Positions 1 to 9,968 of a stretch of 18,264 bases of DNA are shown piece after piece. The DNA comes from Octopus sinensis (taxonomy: Eukaryota): assembly GCF_006345805.1 (NCBI RefSeq), contig NW_021824584.1, forward strand, positions 1 to 18,264. The letters run 5' to 3'. Each line of letters starts with the position of its first letter. The first letter of the stretch is position 1. Below the pieces are notes generated by a model, which was not told the DNA's origin, ran no database searches, and saw nothing but the letters and a program-made list of their open reading frames with translations. Position numbers and translations under genes: made by a program.

Positions 1-202
1 TCTCTCGACTATCGCGGGTGTTACGTTCCAAAACGCACTCCTCGAAATAGAAACAGTACTTTACTGTATGCATATTTTTTATTTTTATAATTTGTATATA
101 TTTACTTTATTATAAATGCAAAAGAACACCACAGAGGAATTCACGTAAGTTTAAATAATAAACCACGATAGGTAAACCGCGATATGGCGACGGATTACTG
201 TA
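1..202. mobile_element. pogo/Tigger-like MITE (left TIR cut by window edge)
   Basis: Right end 177-200 CCGCGATATGGCGACGGATTACTG followed by TA. Its reverse complement (CAGTAATCCGTCGCCATATCGCGG) aligns with 1-17 TCTCTCGACTATCGCGG. CAGT...TATCGCGG termini with a TA target are typical of Tigger/pogo elements (recalled, not searched). No ORF inside. Confidence 0.6.
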
Positions 203-238
203 TATTCATACATACCATACATACATACATATATATTA

Positions 239-293
<55 letters not shown>

Positions 294-374
294 CGTATAT
301 ATGCATATATATATATATACACATATATACGTATATATGCATATATATATATACACATATATACGTATATATGC

Positions 375-409
<35 letters not shown>

Positions 410-410
410 C

Positions 411-441
<31 letters not shown>

Positions 442-462
442 TATATATATATACATATATAT
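203..462. repeat. (TA)n microsatellite with ~36-bp higher-order unit (ACACATATATACGTATATATGCATATATAT...) x3
   Basis: Read directly from the sequence. Confidence 0.95.
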
Positions 463-696
463 ATGCACATATGGGCACAGGACGTCACGAAACTTGTACA
501 ACAATATATGCTCTCGATAAAACAGTTGTCCTCGCCAAGCACATTAAATAAAATTTGGGATTTTGCGGAGGGTCAAAATTGGTAACACAAACACGACAGT
601 GAAAATAAACAGGAAGGGCTGCTAAACCTGAACGAGGTTGTGGTGACGAATGCTGGGACTGGAGACAAACTAGAACAGGTCTTCCTTGTTCCAGCT

Positions 697-728
<32 letters not shown>

Positions 729-1144
729 TATATATATTATATATATATAATAATATATATATATATATATACACACACATATAATAGGGATTACCACTAT
801 GTGGACAACCTAATGCGAGAAGTAGATCCGCTATGGTCTTACCACTAAGAATTGTTCTCTAGAAAATTTAGCAAACACCAGAAACGTGTTTCTTTCTTTC
901 TCTCCGTTGTAGCTGGAACAAGGAAGACGTGTTCTAGTTCGTCTCCAGTCCCAGCGTTCGTCACCACAACCTCGTTCGGGTTTAGCAGCCCTTCCTGTTT
1001 ATTTTCACTGTCGTGTTTGTGTTACCAATTTTGACCCTCCGCAAAATCCCAAATTTTATTTAATTTGCTTGGCGAGGACAACTGTTTTATCGAAAGCATA
1101 TATTGTTGTACAAGTTTCGTGACGTCCTGTGCCCATATGTGCAT
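463..1144. repeat. Long inverted repeat: arms 463-699 and 908-1144 (237 bp each), 208-bp spacer
   Basis: 908-1144 is the reverse complement of 463-699 with about 6 substitutions counted by eye. Probably two copies of a non-autonomous element embedded in (TA)n. Confidence 0.95.
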
Positions 1145-1172
1145 ATATATATATATATGTATATATGTATAT

Positions 1173-1205
<33 letters not shown>

Positions 1206-1320
1206 CATATATATATATATATATAGATGCGTATAGATGTGTGTACATATACGTATGTATATATGCATACATATATATATATGCGTATAGATGTGTGTAC
1301 ATATACGTATGTATATATGC

Positions 1321-1366
<46 letters not shown>
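1145..1366. repeat. (TA)n microsatellite with duplicated ~54-bp unit
   Basis: ATGCGTATAGATGTGTGTACATATACGTATGTATATATGCATA occurs twice within the TA tract. Confidence 0.9.
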
Positions 1367-1367
<1 letters not shown>

Positions 1368-1504
1368 TTCTCATCATCATCAACACCACGAACAATGACA
1401 TCTCAAGCCCTCGGACTTATAGGGTTAGTTATCCAGTTTCCCTGGCGTATAAAAGTCCGAAATTGCAAAATTCCTCCAGAAAATGATGTCAATCCATCAA
1501 AGAA

Positions 1505-1631
1505 TTACTCATTCACACTTGTAGAAATGTGAAATGAATTGTTTTCGTTAACACCATAAAGCACCGTCCGGTTCGGCAGTCGAAACCATGTCTGTGAGTG
1601 CAACACCGCTAACCATTATGCCACGCGTCTT
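1505..1631 (-). mobile_element. Degenerate tRNA-derived SINE 5' part (related to the 10317-10623 copy)
   Basis: Minus-strand A-box TGGCATAATGG (1613-1623) and B-box-like GGTTTCGACTGCC (1575-1587). The downstream TTCATTTCACATT..TGAGT resembles TTTATTTCACGTT..TGACT of the 10317 copy. Confidence 0.7.
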
Positions 1632-2739
1632 CATGTATATCTGTTTCCGTGTGTGCCTGTGTTGTGTTTGTCCTCTCCGTCACAACCGGTGCTCAGTGTT
1701 TTACTTCGGTCATCCATGGCTTGCTTCAGGCCATTAATCTTGTTACAGGTATTGCGTTCCTATTTTGCCATGGCCGCTGCAGAGATTCCAATATTCAGTA
1801 AATTCATCAAATTATTAAAGAGTACATCTTGGACTTTCGGTTATCTCCCCCTGGTTGAATAAGAACAAGGTATGAATTTGAGCCGATGAACTAAGTACCG
1901 TTTATTTATACGAGTGATGCATTTAAGTCGGTAAGTGCTAATAACGTTTTGAGATTTTGAGACGTATCAGTAATTTATTAAGACCGAAAAATATCAATCA
2001 ATTGTGCATTGGGTAATTGAGTCAAGTATGGATGTTCTGATAAAAGGAGATTCCGGTTAGATATATAGTAAAAGGGTAATTCGTGCATAGGAGTTCCGGT
2101 AGGATATGTACAAATCATTTATTGAGATTCGATTAAATAAATACCAGTTACTGGCAATCTTTCGTTATTCGTACATGATGTCATTTTAAAATCGTTCGGC
2201 AATTTACGGAAAAAAATTATTTCTTGAATTTTTTTTTTTTTTGTATATGTTGGTAAAGATGACGTTGTCTTTGATCTGCACGAGAGATGAAGTCAAATAA
2301 TTCGTAAAAACACCGAAAAAGGATATATGTATGTGTATTTAGGTATGTGTGTGTGTGTGTGTGTGTGTGTGCATGCGCGCGTGCGTTTGTGAGTGTGTGC
2401 TTGACTGTTCAGCTCTCTCGTACAGATCAAAGGCAATTTCGGTTTAACCAGTACGTTAAAAAATTAAAGGAATAAGGAATAGTTTTATTTTTTTGTAAAT
2501 TGCCGAAAGATTTTCATATGACGTCATGAACGAATACCGAAAGACTCCCCAGTAATTAATTGAAAGGATCGATAATATACCTAATACGAACAGAGTTTGG
2601 TAAATTAAGTGCCAGAGAGCGTGCTCATGATCATATATTTTTTCCAAGTTTAGGAAGAAGTTCTCTTCAATCCGTGGGCCAGAAACTTAACAACAGAATG
2701 AACCCCGTTGAGGGTACCCGAGGGCGAGGTTAAACTGAC

Positions 2740-2935
2740 TGACGGATTAAGTCTACCGTAGATTATCTTGCCCGATGCTTTACAAATTCAGCCAACTTAC
2801 TGCGCCAGGAAAAGATGATTATTTTATCGACCCCGATGACGAAGAGCGAAGCTAACCTCGACAAGATTCGAATTGGAAGCAACCACCCAGAAACAAAATA
2901 ACGCAACGTCTTCAGTCTCTAACAATTTTGTCTAT
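2740..2935 (-). mobile_element. Highly degenerate SINE fragment of the 9587-9922 family
   Basis: CGGATTAAGTC, TTTTATCGACCCCGA and AACCTCG..GATTCGAA motifs in the same order as in 9739-9922. Confidence 0.55.
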
Positions 2936-3039
2936 TCGCTCCTTGAAATTATACAATTGGTCATTAAACTAAAAAAAGGGGGGAAAAAGCAATGATTAGT
3001 TACGCTCCCTTGCGTTGTAGAGCTATCTTTATCTCGGTG

Positions 3040-3215
3040 GTGCTGTTGTTATTTAGCTACAGATCATCCCCAACCAGTAGCTCTATAATAAAACCGTTCT
3101 AATCGAGACAATCCCGTCCTGTTTTTCAGGCACAGCGTATCTAAGACCACATTCTCTAGTGTGTCCTTTCTTTTAAAGACATTGATGCAAGCTTGACTGC
3201 TATTTCTAGCAACTT
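3040..3215 (-). mobile_element. Old dispersed repeat with (AAC)n-like tail (SINE or LINE 3'UTR), fragment
   Basis: TGTTGTTATTTAGC start, GTGTCCTTTCTTTTAAAGA and GCTATTTCTAGCA motifs shared with 3340-3545 (opposite strand), 7483-7560, 12085-12310 and 12703-12733. Confidence 0.55.
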
Positions 3216-3339
3216 GAGGTTTCATTACTGGCTTATCAAATTTATCTTTACTCTGTCGATGAGATTTTATAAGATAAACAAGTACCATTAACATACGGCG
3301 GCCCGGTCAAAGAACAATCATCCCTCTTTCTCTTCTACA

Positions 3340-3545
3340 TGAACCAACTAAGGAACCTTTGTGTAGTTTCTTGTTTTGCTAGATATGGCAGCGATATCTC
3401 CCCCAAGCAACTCCCTAAGGCAAGATCCATTGAATATATGTAGCCTTAAATACGGCATGTCGTAAAACAGGGCATGACGACCATGGTTGGAAGCTTTACG
3501 ATTATAATTCTTTTGCACCAAGGCCGATTTGGGATTAACATCTAT
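3340..3545 (+). mobile_element. Old dispersed repeat, same family as 3040-3215, opposite orientation
   Basis: GCTAGATATGGCAGC...ATCTCCC, CATGACGACCATGGTTGGAA and GGGATTAAC motifs are approximate reverse complements of the 12085-12310 copy. Confidence 0.5.
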
Positions 3546-3616
3546 AGATGTATCGAACTTAATTTGCTAGAAATAACTGTCAAATGCTTCTCAGATCACA
3601 GCACACTGCTTTAAAT

Positions 3617-3685
3617 CAGTGTTTCTTAACCACCTTTTTTTTTTACCTATAGAATCCTTTGATTCTTATATGTACCCTGCTACCC
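3617..3685 (+). mobile_element. Possible hAT/Charlie-type MITE end
   Basis: CAGTGTTTCTTAACCA resembles the CAGTGGTTCTCAACC-type hAT TIR. A similar CAGAGGTTTCTCAACCATTT occurs at 12744-12763. No partner TIR was found. Confidence 0.3.
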
Positions 3686-3691
3686 GTTCAG

Positions 3692-3885
3692 TCTTTTATC
3701 TCTTACTTGCTTCAGTCATTAGGCTGCAGCCAAGCTGGGCACCACCTTGCAGGATTTCTAGTCGAGCGTATCAACCACGGTACTTATTTTATCGGAGTTC
3801 TCTTGCTGAACCACTAAATTACGGGGATGTCCAGCGGTAGTAGGGGAACAGACACAAATACAAACGCACGCACGCACGCACGCAC

Positions 3886-3934
<49 letters not shown>
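3692..3934 (-). mobile_element. SINE 3' half plus internal (TG)n/(TA)n (outer, oldest copy of nest)
   Basis: Diverged reverse complement of 4341-4547 (TTACTTGCTTCAGTCATT...TTACGGGGATGT...CAGACACAAA). Confidence 0.8.
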
Positions 3935-3940
3935 GAAGAA

Positions 3941-4271
3941 GGCGTGGCTGTGTAGTAAGAAGCTTGCTTCCCAGCCACATGGCTCCGGGTTCAGTCCCAC
4001 TGCGTGGCACCTTGGGTCTTATACTATAGCCTCGGACCGACGAAAGTCTTATGAGTGGATTTGCTAGACGGTAACTGAAAGAAGCCCGTCGTATATATAT
4101 ATATATATATAAAACTCTTTTTGAAACTCTTTTACTTGTTTCAGTCACTTGACTGCGGCCATGCTGGAGCACCGCCTTTAGTCGAGCAAATCGACCCCGG
4201 GACTTATTCTTTGTAAGCCCAGTACTTATTCTATCGGTCTCTTTTGCCGAACCGCTATGTATATATATATA

Positions 4272-4315
<44 letters not shown>

Positions 4316-4547
4316 GTATGTGTGTGTGTGTGTGTATATTGTGTGTCTGTTTTTGTTTCTTCCCCGTCGCTTGACAACCGATGCTGGTGTGTTTACATCC
4401 CCGTAACTTAGTAGTTCGGCAAAAGAGACCGATAAAATAAGTAGCTTAAAAAGGATAAGTCCTGGGGTTTATTTGTTCGACTAAAAAGGCAGTGCTCCAG
4501 CATGGTCGCAGTCAAATGACTGAAATAAGTAAAAGAATAAAAGAATA
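3941..4547 (+). mobile_element. tRNA-derived SINE with internal (TA)n(TG)n microsatellite, interrupted by a nested copy
   Basis: A-box TGGCTGTGTAGT (3945-3956), B-box GGGTTCAGTCCC (3987-3998), head to GAAGCCCGTCG (4091), microsatellite, 3' body 4341-4530 and (AAAAGAAT)2 tail. Confidence 0.85.
4115..4257 (-). mobile_element. 5'-truncated SINE 3' fragment nested in the (TA)n of the 3941-4547 copy
   Basis: Reverse complement of 4409-4545. Flanked by TA runs on both sides. Confidence 0.85.
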
Positions 4548-4650
4548 CGTTTCTTTCAGTTTCGGCCCGGGGCTATCTTAGAAACCCCTTACCTAAGGTG
4601 CCCCCGCAGTGGAACTGAACCCGGAACCATGTGTTTTGGAAACAAGCTCA
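4548..4650 (-). mobile_element. SINE 5' head, partner of 3692-3934
   Basis: Minus strand reads AGCTTG..CACATGGTTCCGGGTTCAGTTCCACTGCG..GGCACCTT..GAAACTGAAAGAAACG, matching 3961-4091. B-box at 4611-4622. Confidence 0.75.
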
Positions 4651-5049
4651 AGAAAAATCATATTATATATTTTTGTAATTAAACATTATTAGAAATTGTA
4701 TCTAAAAAATAGTTAAAATGTTTTATGTACAATAGAAGTAGAAGGGCCATAAGGGGCCCCGTGGAAAAATCCCTGATTCAAATAAACGAAAAGGTACATT
4801 CGATAATACAGTCATTCATAAGGGACGGTCACGGTGGGAATACATGAGGTCAAATATCACCTTGATCAAGATTGACCCAGGGCTAAATAACAACAATATA
4901 GCTATGTATGACATTATACTGCCGTATTTGTCACTAAGTTGTGGTCAGCTTGACCCTTCCGTGACATTCACTTCACAAATCCACTCAAGACCATGTTTTT
5001 TATTCTTTTTTTTTAAATAGCCATATATCCTTCCTATGTTGCAATATTT

Positions 5050-5872
5050 ATCTCTCTCTCTCTCTCTCTGTCCCTCCCTCTCCCTCCCTCCCTCCCTCCC
5101 TCCCTCCTTCTCTCCCCCTCTCTCTCTGTTCTTTATGACAACTGTTTTTTTTAAGGATGAGAATTTCTCCCTATACATATATCTTATGTTCACTCTTTCA
5201 TTCCCTATCTCTCACAGTTTTTAGGTATCTTTCTTCTTATCTCTCTCTCTCTCTCTTTCTCCGCCTTTCTCTCTCTTTCATATTTTTCTATTTTTTGTTG
5301 CGTGTGCGCACGCGTGTTTTGTGTGTGTGTGTGTGTGTCCGCGCGTGCGCTCGTATATCTTCCTTCTTACTTTCATTCAGTTTTTCTTCCTACCTTCTTT
5401 TTATCTTACGTTTTCTTTCCATCGTTCACCCTCTTATTTCCCTCCCTTCATATACTCTGTCTTTCTCCACCCCTAGTCCCCCTTCCCCTACTCCCTGTCC
5501 TCCCGCCCCCTCACTCACCTCTTCGATTTCTACCTCATCTTTATTCAGTTTTATTCTCTCCCTTACTTTTCTTTCGCTTTTCCATTTTGTTCTATCCTCT
5601 TCTCTTTCTCTTTTCTCACTCTATTTATCCATCTTATCTTTCCTTCCGTCTATCTATCTAGCCACTTACCTACCTATCTACCTATATGCTTACCTATATA
5701 TTTTACTATCTTTACTATCTATCTGCTTTCCTACCTGTCTATCTATCCCTCTATCGATTGATCGATCTCCCTATTTATATATCTATCTATTTAACTATTT
5801 ATCATCCTCCCCGTCTCTTCCTCTCTCTCCTCCTTCTCTGTATATATATATACACACAGATGGAGAGATAGG

Positions 5873-5917
<45 letters not shown>

Positions 5918-6183
5918 GATAGATAGATAGATAGATAGATAGACAGATAGATACATAGATAGATAGGTAAAAAGGTAGGTAGGTAAGTGGGTAGATGGGT
6001 GTTTGGGTGGATGGGTGGGTGGATGGATGGTTGGATGCATGGATGGATTGATGGATAGATAGACATTTTACCTGTAACTTTTATACCTCTCCTTTAACCC
6101 TTTTATGTAATTTTTCCACCCCTTTCTCTATTTCTCTCCATCTCCTTCCACTCTCCTCTCTCTCTCTTTCTTTTTCACTCCCA

Positions 6184-6214
<31 letters not shown>

Positions 6215-6270
6215 ATTTCCCCTCCTCCTTTTTCTCTTCCCACCTTCATCCTTGTTTCTTCTCTCCTCTC
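5050..6270. repeat. Compound low-complexity block: (CT)n/(CCCT)n polypyrimidine, (GT)n, degenerate (TATC)n, (GATA)n, (GGAT)n
   Basis: Read directly from the sequence. Confidence 0.9.
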
Positions 6271-6642
6271 TAATTTCTATCGCCATAACTCACAATTTTG
6301 GCGATTTTTTTCCTCATAGAGAATTTCCCACCACCACCACCCCACCTCCCCACACTTCCCTCGTCCAGCAACCCTTAATCCACCCGCAATACAACACAGT
6401 TGCCGCTAGCTGCTGCTATAACACCTGGGTAGATTCTTCTCTTCATCATTTGCTGCCGTTTCGTCTCTTCCTAGCTGACACCCCTTTAATACCCGTTTCT
6501 TTTACTCTGCATTCACTCTGTCTATCTACCTACAGCTACCCGCTGAACAGGAAAGGGGTGGAGACCGTACCGCCTACCACCCACTCACTTGGATGCAATT
6601 AATGTTTTCTATTTAAACATGAAAACATCTCGTGGTAGAGAC

Positions 6643-6812
6643 AGTGATGATGTAGTGATGGTGGTGGTGGTGGTAGTAGTAGTTGCAGTTGCAGTGTTGT
6701 TGTTGTTTGTGTGATGGTGTTGGTTGTGATAGTGATGATGGTAATGATGATGGTGAAGGCGATGACGGTGCAGGCAGTGGCATAGGTAAAGATGTTAGTG
6801 TTGTTGATGGTG

Positions 6813-6844
<32 letters not shown>

Positions 6845-7365
6845 GGTGGAGGTAATGATGGTGATGGTAGTGGTTGTAGTGATGATGGTGGTGGTGTTGG
6901 TAGTATTGATGGTGGTGATGGTTGTTATTGTTGGTGGTGGTGGTGATGGTGGTAATTGTGTGTAGTAGTAGTAATAGTAGTGGTGGTGGTGGTGGTGGTG
7001 GTGGTGGTGGTGGTGTTGGTGGTGGTGATAGTGATGGTGGTGGTGGTGGTGGTGATGGTGCTTGTGGTGGTGGCGGTGGCGGTGGTGGTGGTGGTAGTGG
7101 CGGTTGTTTTGGCGGTGGTGGTGGTGGTGGTGTGGTGGTGGTGGTGGTGGCGGTGGCGGTGGTGGTAGTGGCGGTTGTTTTGGCGGTGTGGTGGTGGTGG
7201 TGGTGGTGGTGGTGGTGGTGGTGGTGGTGGTGGTGGTGGTGGTGGTGATGTTGGCGTTGGAATCGATGGTATTGCTTTTGAAAATGGTAAGAATGTTTAT
7301 GCGGAGAAGGTAATAATGGCGGTGGTGATAATGTTGCTGGTGATGGCGTCGGCGTCGGCGTGAGC
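6643..7365. repeat. (GGT)n/(GAT)n/(GTT)n trinucleotide block with internal ~60-70-bp duplication near 7070-7190
   Basis: Read directly. GGCGGTGGCGGTGG...TAGTGGCGGTTGTTTTGGCGGTG occurs twice. Confidence 0.9.
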
Positions 7366-7482
7366 AGGGCCCATGGTGCTTCCGTTGGTATTGGTATTTG
7401 TGTAGATGGTGGTTTCGGTGTCGCTTTTGTTTGGTGCCAGTAGCGATGTTAGTTGTAATTATAATAATGAAGTTAGTACAGT

Positions 7483-7716
7483 TATTGTTGCTGTTTAGCC
7501 CTAGGCCGACCCTGTTCAAGCACATATATGATCAAAAGACACTCCACCCATAACTATCCCTCTATATAGAACTATATAGAACCACGTTATTCGTTATGTC
7601 TTTTATTAAGACAATTAGGGTAAGTTTTAAGCAAATTTGTCTGATATTTTTAACCAGTTTCAGGTCATTCTTGATTGAGATAGTCTATGATCTAAGCATT
7701 CCGCCCATGACAACAC
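7483..7716 (-). mobile_element. Two tail fragments of the (AAC)n-tailed family (7483-7560, 7648-7716)
   Basis: TTTAGCCC..GG(C/T)C..CCCTG..CAAGC..TATGATCAAA..CACTCC.CCCATAAC aligns with 12110-12176. The second fragment has CAGGTCA..CTTGATTGAG..CTATGATCTAAGCATTCC.CCCATGAC. Confidence 0.5.
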
Positions 7717-7849
7717 CGCCTTATTTTCAGAAAATGCATACCGAACTAGTCACAGTAAGTGCGTCCTTCTCATTCTTTTACGGGAAATTGGCTTGTTCTT
7801 TCTAGCAATTTGTCCAGTATTGGTCTGATTGTGTTAACGATAACACCTA

Positions 7850-7850
<1 letters not shown>

Positions 7851-7913
<63 letters not shown>
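7851..7913. repeat. Perfect (AGT)21 microsatellite
   Basis: 63 bp uninterrupted. Confidence 0.95.
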
Positions 7914-7914
<1 letters not shown>

Positions 7915-7969
7915 CTTCTAATCCTGGTGTCGGTGTAGTGGTGCCCTCAACTGTACGGTGGGACCATTG

Positions 7970-8472
7970 CTGCTGATGTTGGCTCACCAAACTGTTGTTG
8001 TGTTGTTTGTTGAAGTTATTGATAAATGCGGTGTTTGTTGCTGATGTTGCTGTTGTATTTGCTGCAGTTTCTTTTTTATTATTGATATTCTTGTTACGTT
8101 GTTGCTGTTGTTGCTGTTGCTGCTGTGTTTGATGTCATTGATGCTGTTGTTCTTCTTCTTTAATGCCCAGTCTTTTATTATGAGGGATTGGAAGATTTGG
8201 TTAATGTTTCTAGTAAGCTGAGCGAATCGATAGAAATTATTGTTGTTGTTGTTATGGTGGCGGTGGTGGTGGTGGTGGTGGTGGTAGTGGTGGTGGTGGT
8301 GGTGGTGGTGGTGGTAGTGGTGGTTGTGGTGGTGGTGGTGTTTAGTGTAGGTGACAGTGTCGTGGAGTGTTGGCTATAATAATTGTCGTTGTCGTGGTCG
8401 TTGTCGTCGTCGTTGTTGTTATTGTTGTTTTTGTTGTTGTTGCCGTCGACGTCGTTGTTGTTGTTATTGTTC
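7970..8472. repeat. Degenerate (GTT/GCT)n, (GGT)n and (GTC/GTT)n trinucleotide tracts
   Basis: Read directly from the sequence. Confidence 0.85.
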
Positions 8473-8705
8473 AGCTCTGATCAAGTAGAGCGATTATCAA
8501 GAATATTTCACCGGCCATGATCAACCCAGACATTTTGGGTGATATCTGGAACTATATTAAACAATATGCATCCCTCATCCATTTACGACAGTGAAGTTTG
8601 ATTAGAGGGAGATTTGACTGTTATTTTTACATTTATGAGCGGATTATAAAGTTACTCTCAATTATATACACACACACGCACACACACACATATATATATA
8701 TATAT

Positions 8706-9012
8706 ATCACCTTGATCACCTTGGCTGACCAGTCCGTCGGGCGTCCATTTGACACCGCTGGTCACAGCATGCTGTCCACTCCTCTCTGGATCACGCCTTT
8801 CTCATCCACGTGATCCCAATCGCCTTCCTGAAATCGTAACTCCACCATCGTAGAGGCCTTCCGAGTGGTCGTTTCCGCTCTCCCGGGTACCACTGGACAA
8901 CTGCGCGGGTCCACCGATTATCGGTGAGCCGGGCGACGTGTCCAACCCTTCTAAACTTGCTGCGTGTATAATTCTACGTTGACATCCTTCACGCCGGAGT
9001 TCTCTCTGTAAA
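8706..9012 (-). mobile_element. 5'-truncated RTE-clade LINE, ORF C-terminus and 3' end (decayed)
   Basis: Minus-strand translation RENSGVKDVNVELY/(frameshift)SKFRRVGHVARLTDNRWTRAVVQWYPGERKRPLGRPLRWWSYDFRKAIGITWMRKA*SREEW... matches the RTE C-terminal motif K.RWAGHV.R..D.RW....W.P...KR..GRP..RW. Premature stop at 8791-8793. Ends in a (CAAGGTGAT)2 tandem tail abutting (TA)n. Confidence 0.85.
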
Positions 9013-9586
9013 ATAGAGTTATATGTTTCATCTTTAAAATATATTTAATAAAAAAGAATTTTCTTCATATTACTCTTCGACAGGTGTTTCTACTGAATAA
9101 GAGTCTTAGTGTCTTTTGATGTAGTAGTTTATGCATTTAAACGATTTACATTAAATTAATTGCAGTACATGTTCTAATCTAAAGATTTGCAACCCTATAC
9201 AGCTTTATTCAACGTGTTTCCCATGCGGGTGGGTGACACGAACCGAAAATTCTAATATCTATATATATAAAATTAGATATATGTTCGAAATATATACTCT
9301 TGGTGAGGGAGTATAAATGATTAGGCAAAAAAACAGTGAAGATAGTATACTATAGTATAGTGAAATATGATATTCCCATTGTTCTAGTTCCGTTTAAACT
9401 CGGAATGACTTTTTTTACCCTTAAGAGGTCAGGATAAATCAGCATCACTGACCGCTCATAGTAAAAAAAAATATGGACGGATTTTAAAAAGAGGAAGCTA
9501 ATATTGTTGACATTAGGTAACTTCACTTCTCCCTGACAAAAGGATGTTGAAATATTAGCTTCAAATTTTGGCACAAGGCTAGCAAA

Positions 9587-9968
9587 GGCATAAGGCCCGA
9601 AAACTTCGAGGAGGGAACCAGTCGATTAGATCGACTTCAGTACGCAACTGGTACTTAATTTATCGACCCCGAAAGGATGAAAGGCAAAGACAACCTCAGC
9701 GGAATTTGAACTCAGAACGTAAAGGCAGACGAAATACCTATTTCTTTACTAACCACAAGGGGCTAAACAGAGAGGGGACAAACAAGGACAGATAAACGGA
9801 TTAAGTCGATTACATCGACCCCAGGGCGAAACTGGTACTTAATTTATCGACACCGAAAGAATGAAAGGCAAAGTCGACCTCGGTGGAATTTGAACTCAGA
9901 ACGTAACGGCAGACAAAATACCCCTCCTCCAAAATTTCGGGCCTTGTGCCTAGGATAGAAAAGAGTAT
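9587..9968 (-). mobile_element. Composite of two tandem 5'-truncated SINE copies (9587-9738, 9739-9922) plus an inverted tail piece (9923-9968)
   Basis: ACTGGTACTTAATTTATCGAC.CCGAAAG.ATGAAAGGCAAAG..ACCTC..GGAATTTGAACTCAGAACGTAA.GGCAGAC.AAATACC occurs twice. Minus-strand B-box GAGTTCAAATTCC at 9701-9713 and 9885-9897. A-boxes are absent. Confidence 0.85.

Noticed and set aside
1653-1869. 69-aa ORF, or exon 1750-1869 with TTACAG| and AAG|GTATGA signals
   Set aside because: All three frames of the putative exon contain stops, and 1640-1705 resembles a decayed SINE middle segment. A non-coding exon cannot be excluded.
1908-1928. TACGAGTGATGCATTTAAGT, mariner-like TIR
   Set aside because: Short, divergent, and no inverted partner found.
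4856-4869. 14-bp match (TATCACCTTGATCA) to the RTE tail at 8705-8718
   Set aside because: It lies inside a fragment of another repeat family, and a single short match is not enough.
6599-7525. 308-aa minus-strand ORF (poly-T/P/H)
   Set aside because: It shifts between homopolymer types at 1-nt slips in (ACC)n, has no domain and no supported splice or start context. It is kept only as part of a low-interest finding.
8512-8545. 34-nt minus-strand microexon (TTCCAG|...|GTGAAA; DITQNVWVDHG)
   Set aside because: Splice-like dinucleotides at this spacing arise by chance, and there are no neighbouring exons to anchor it.
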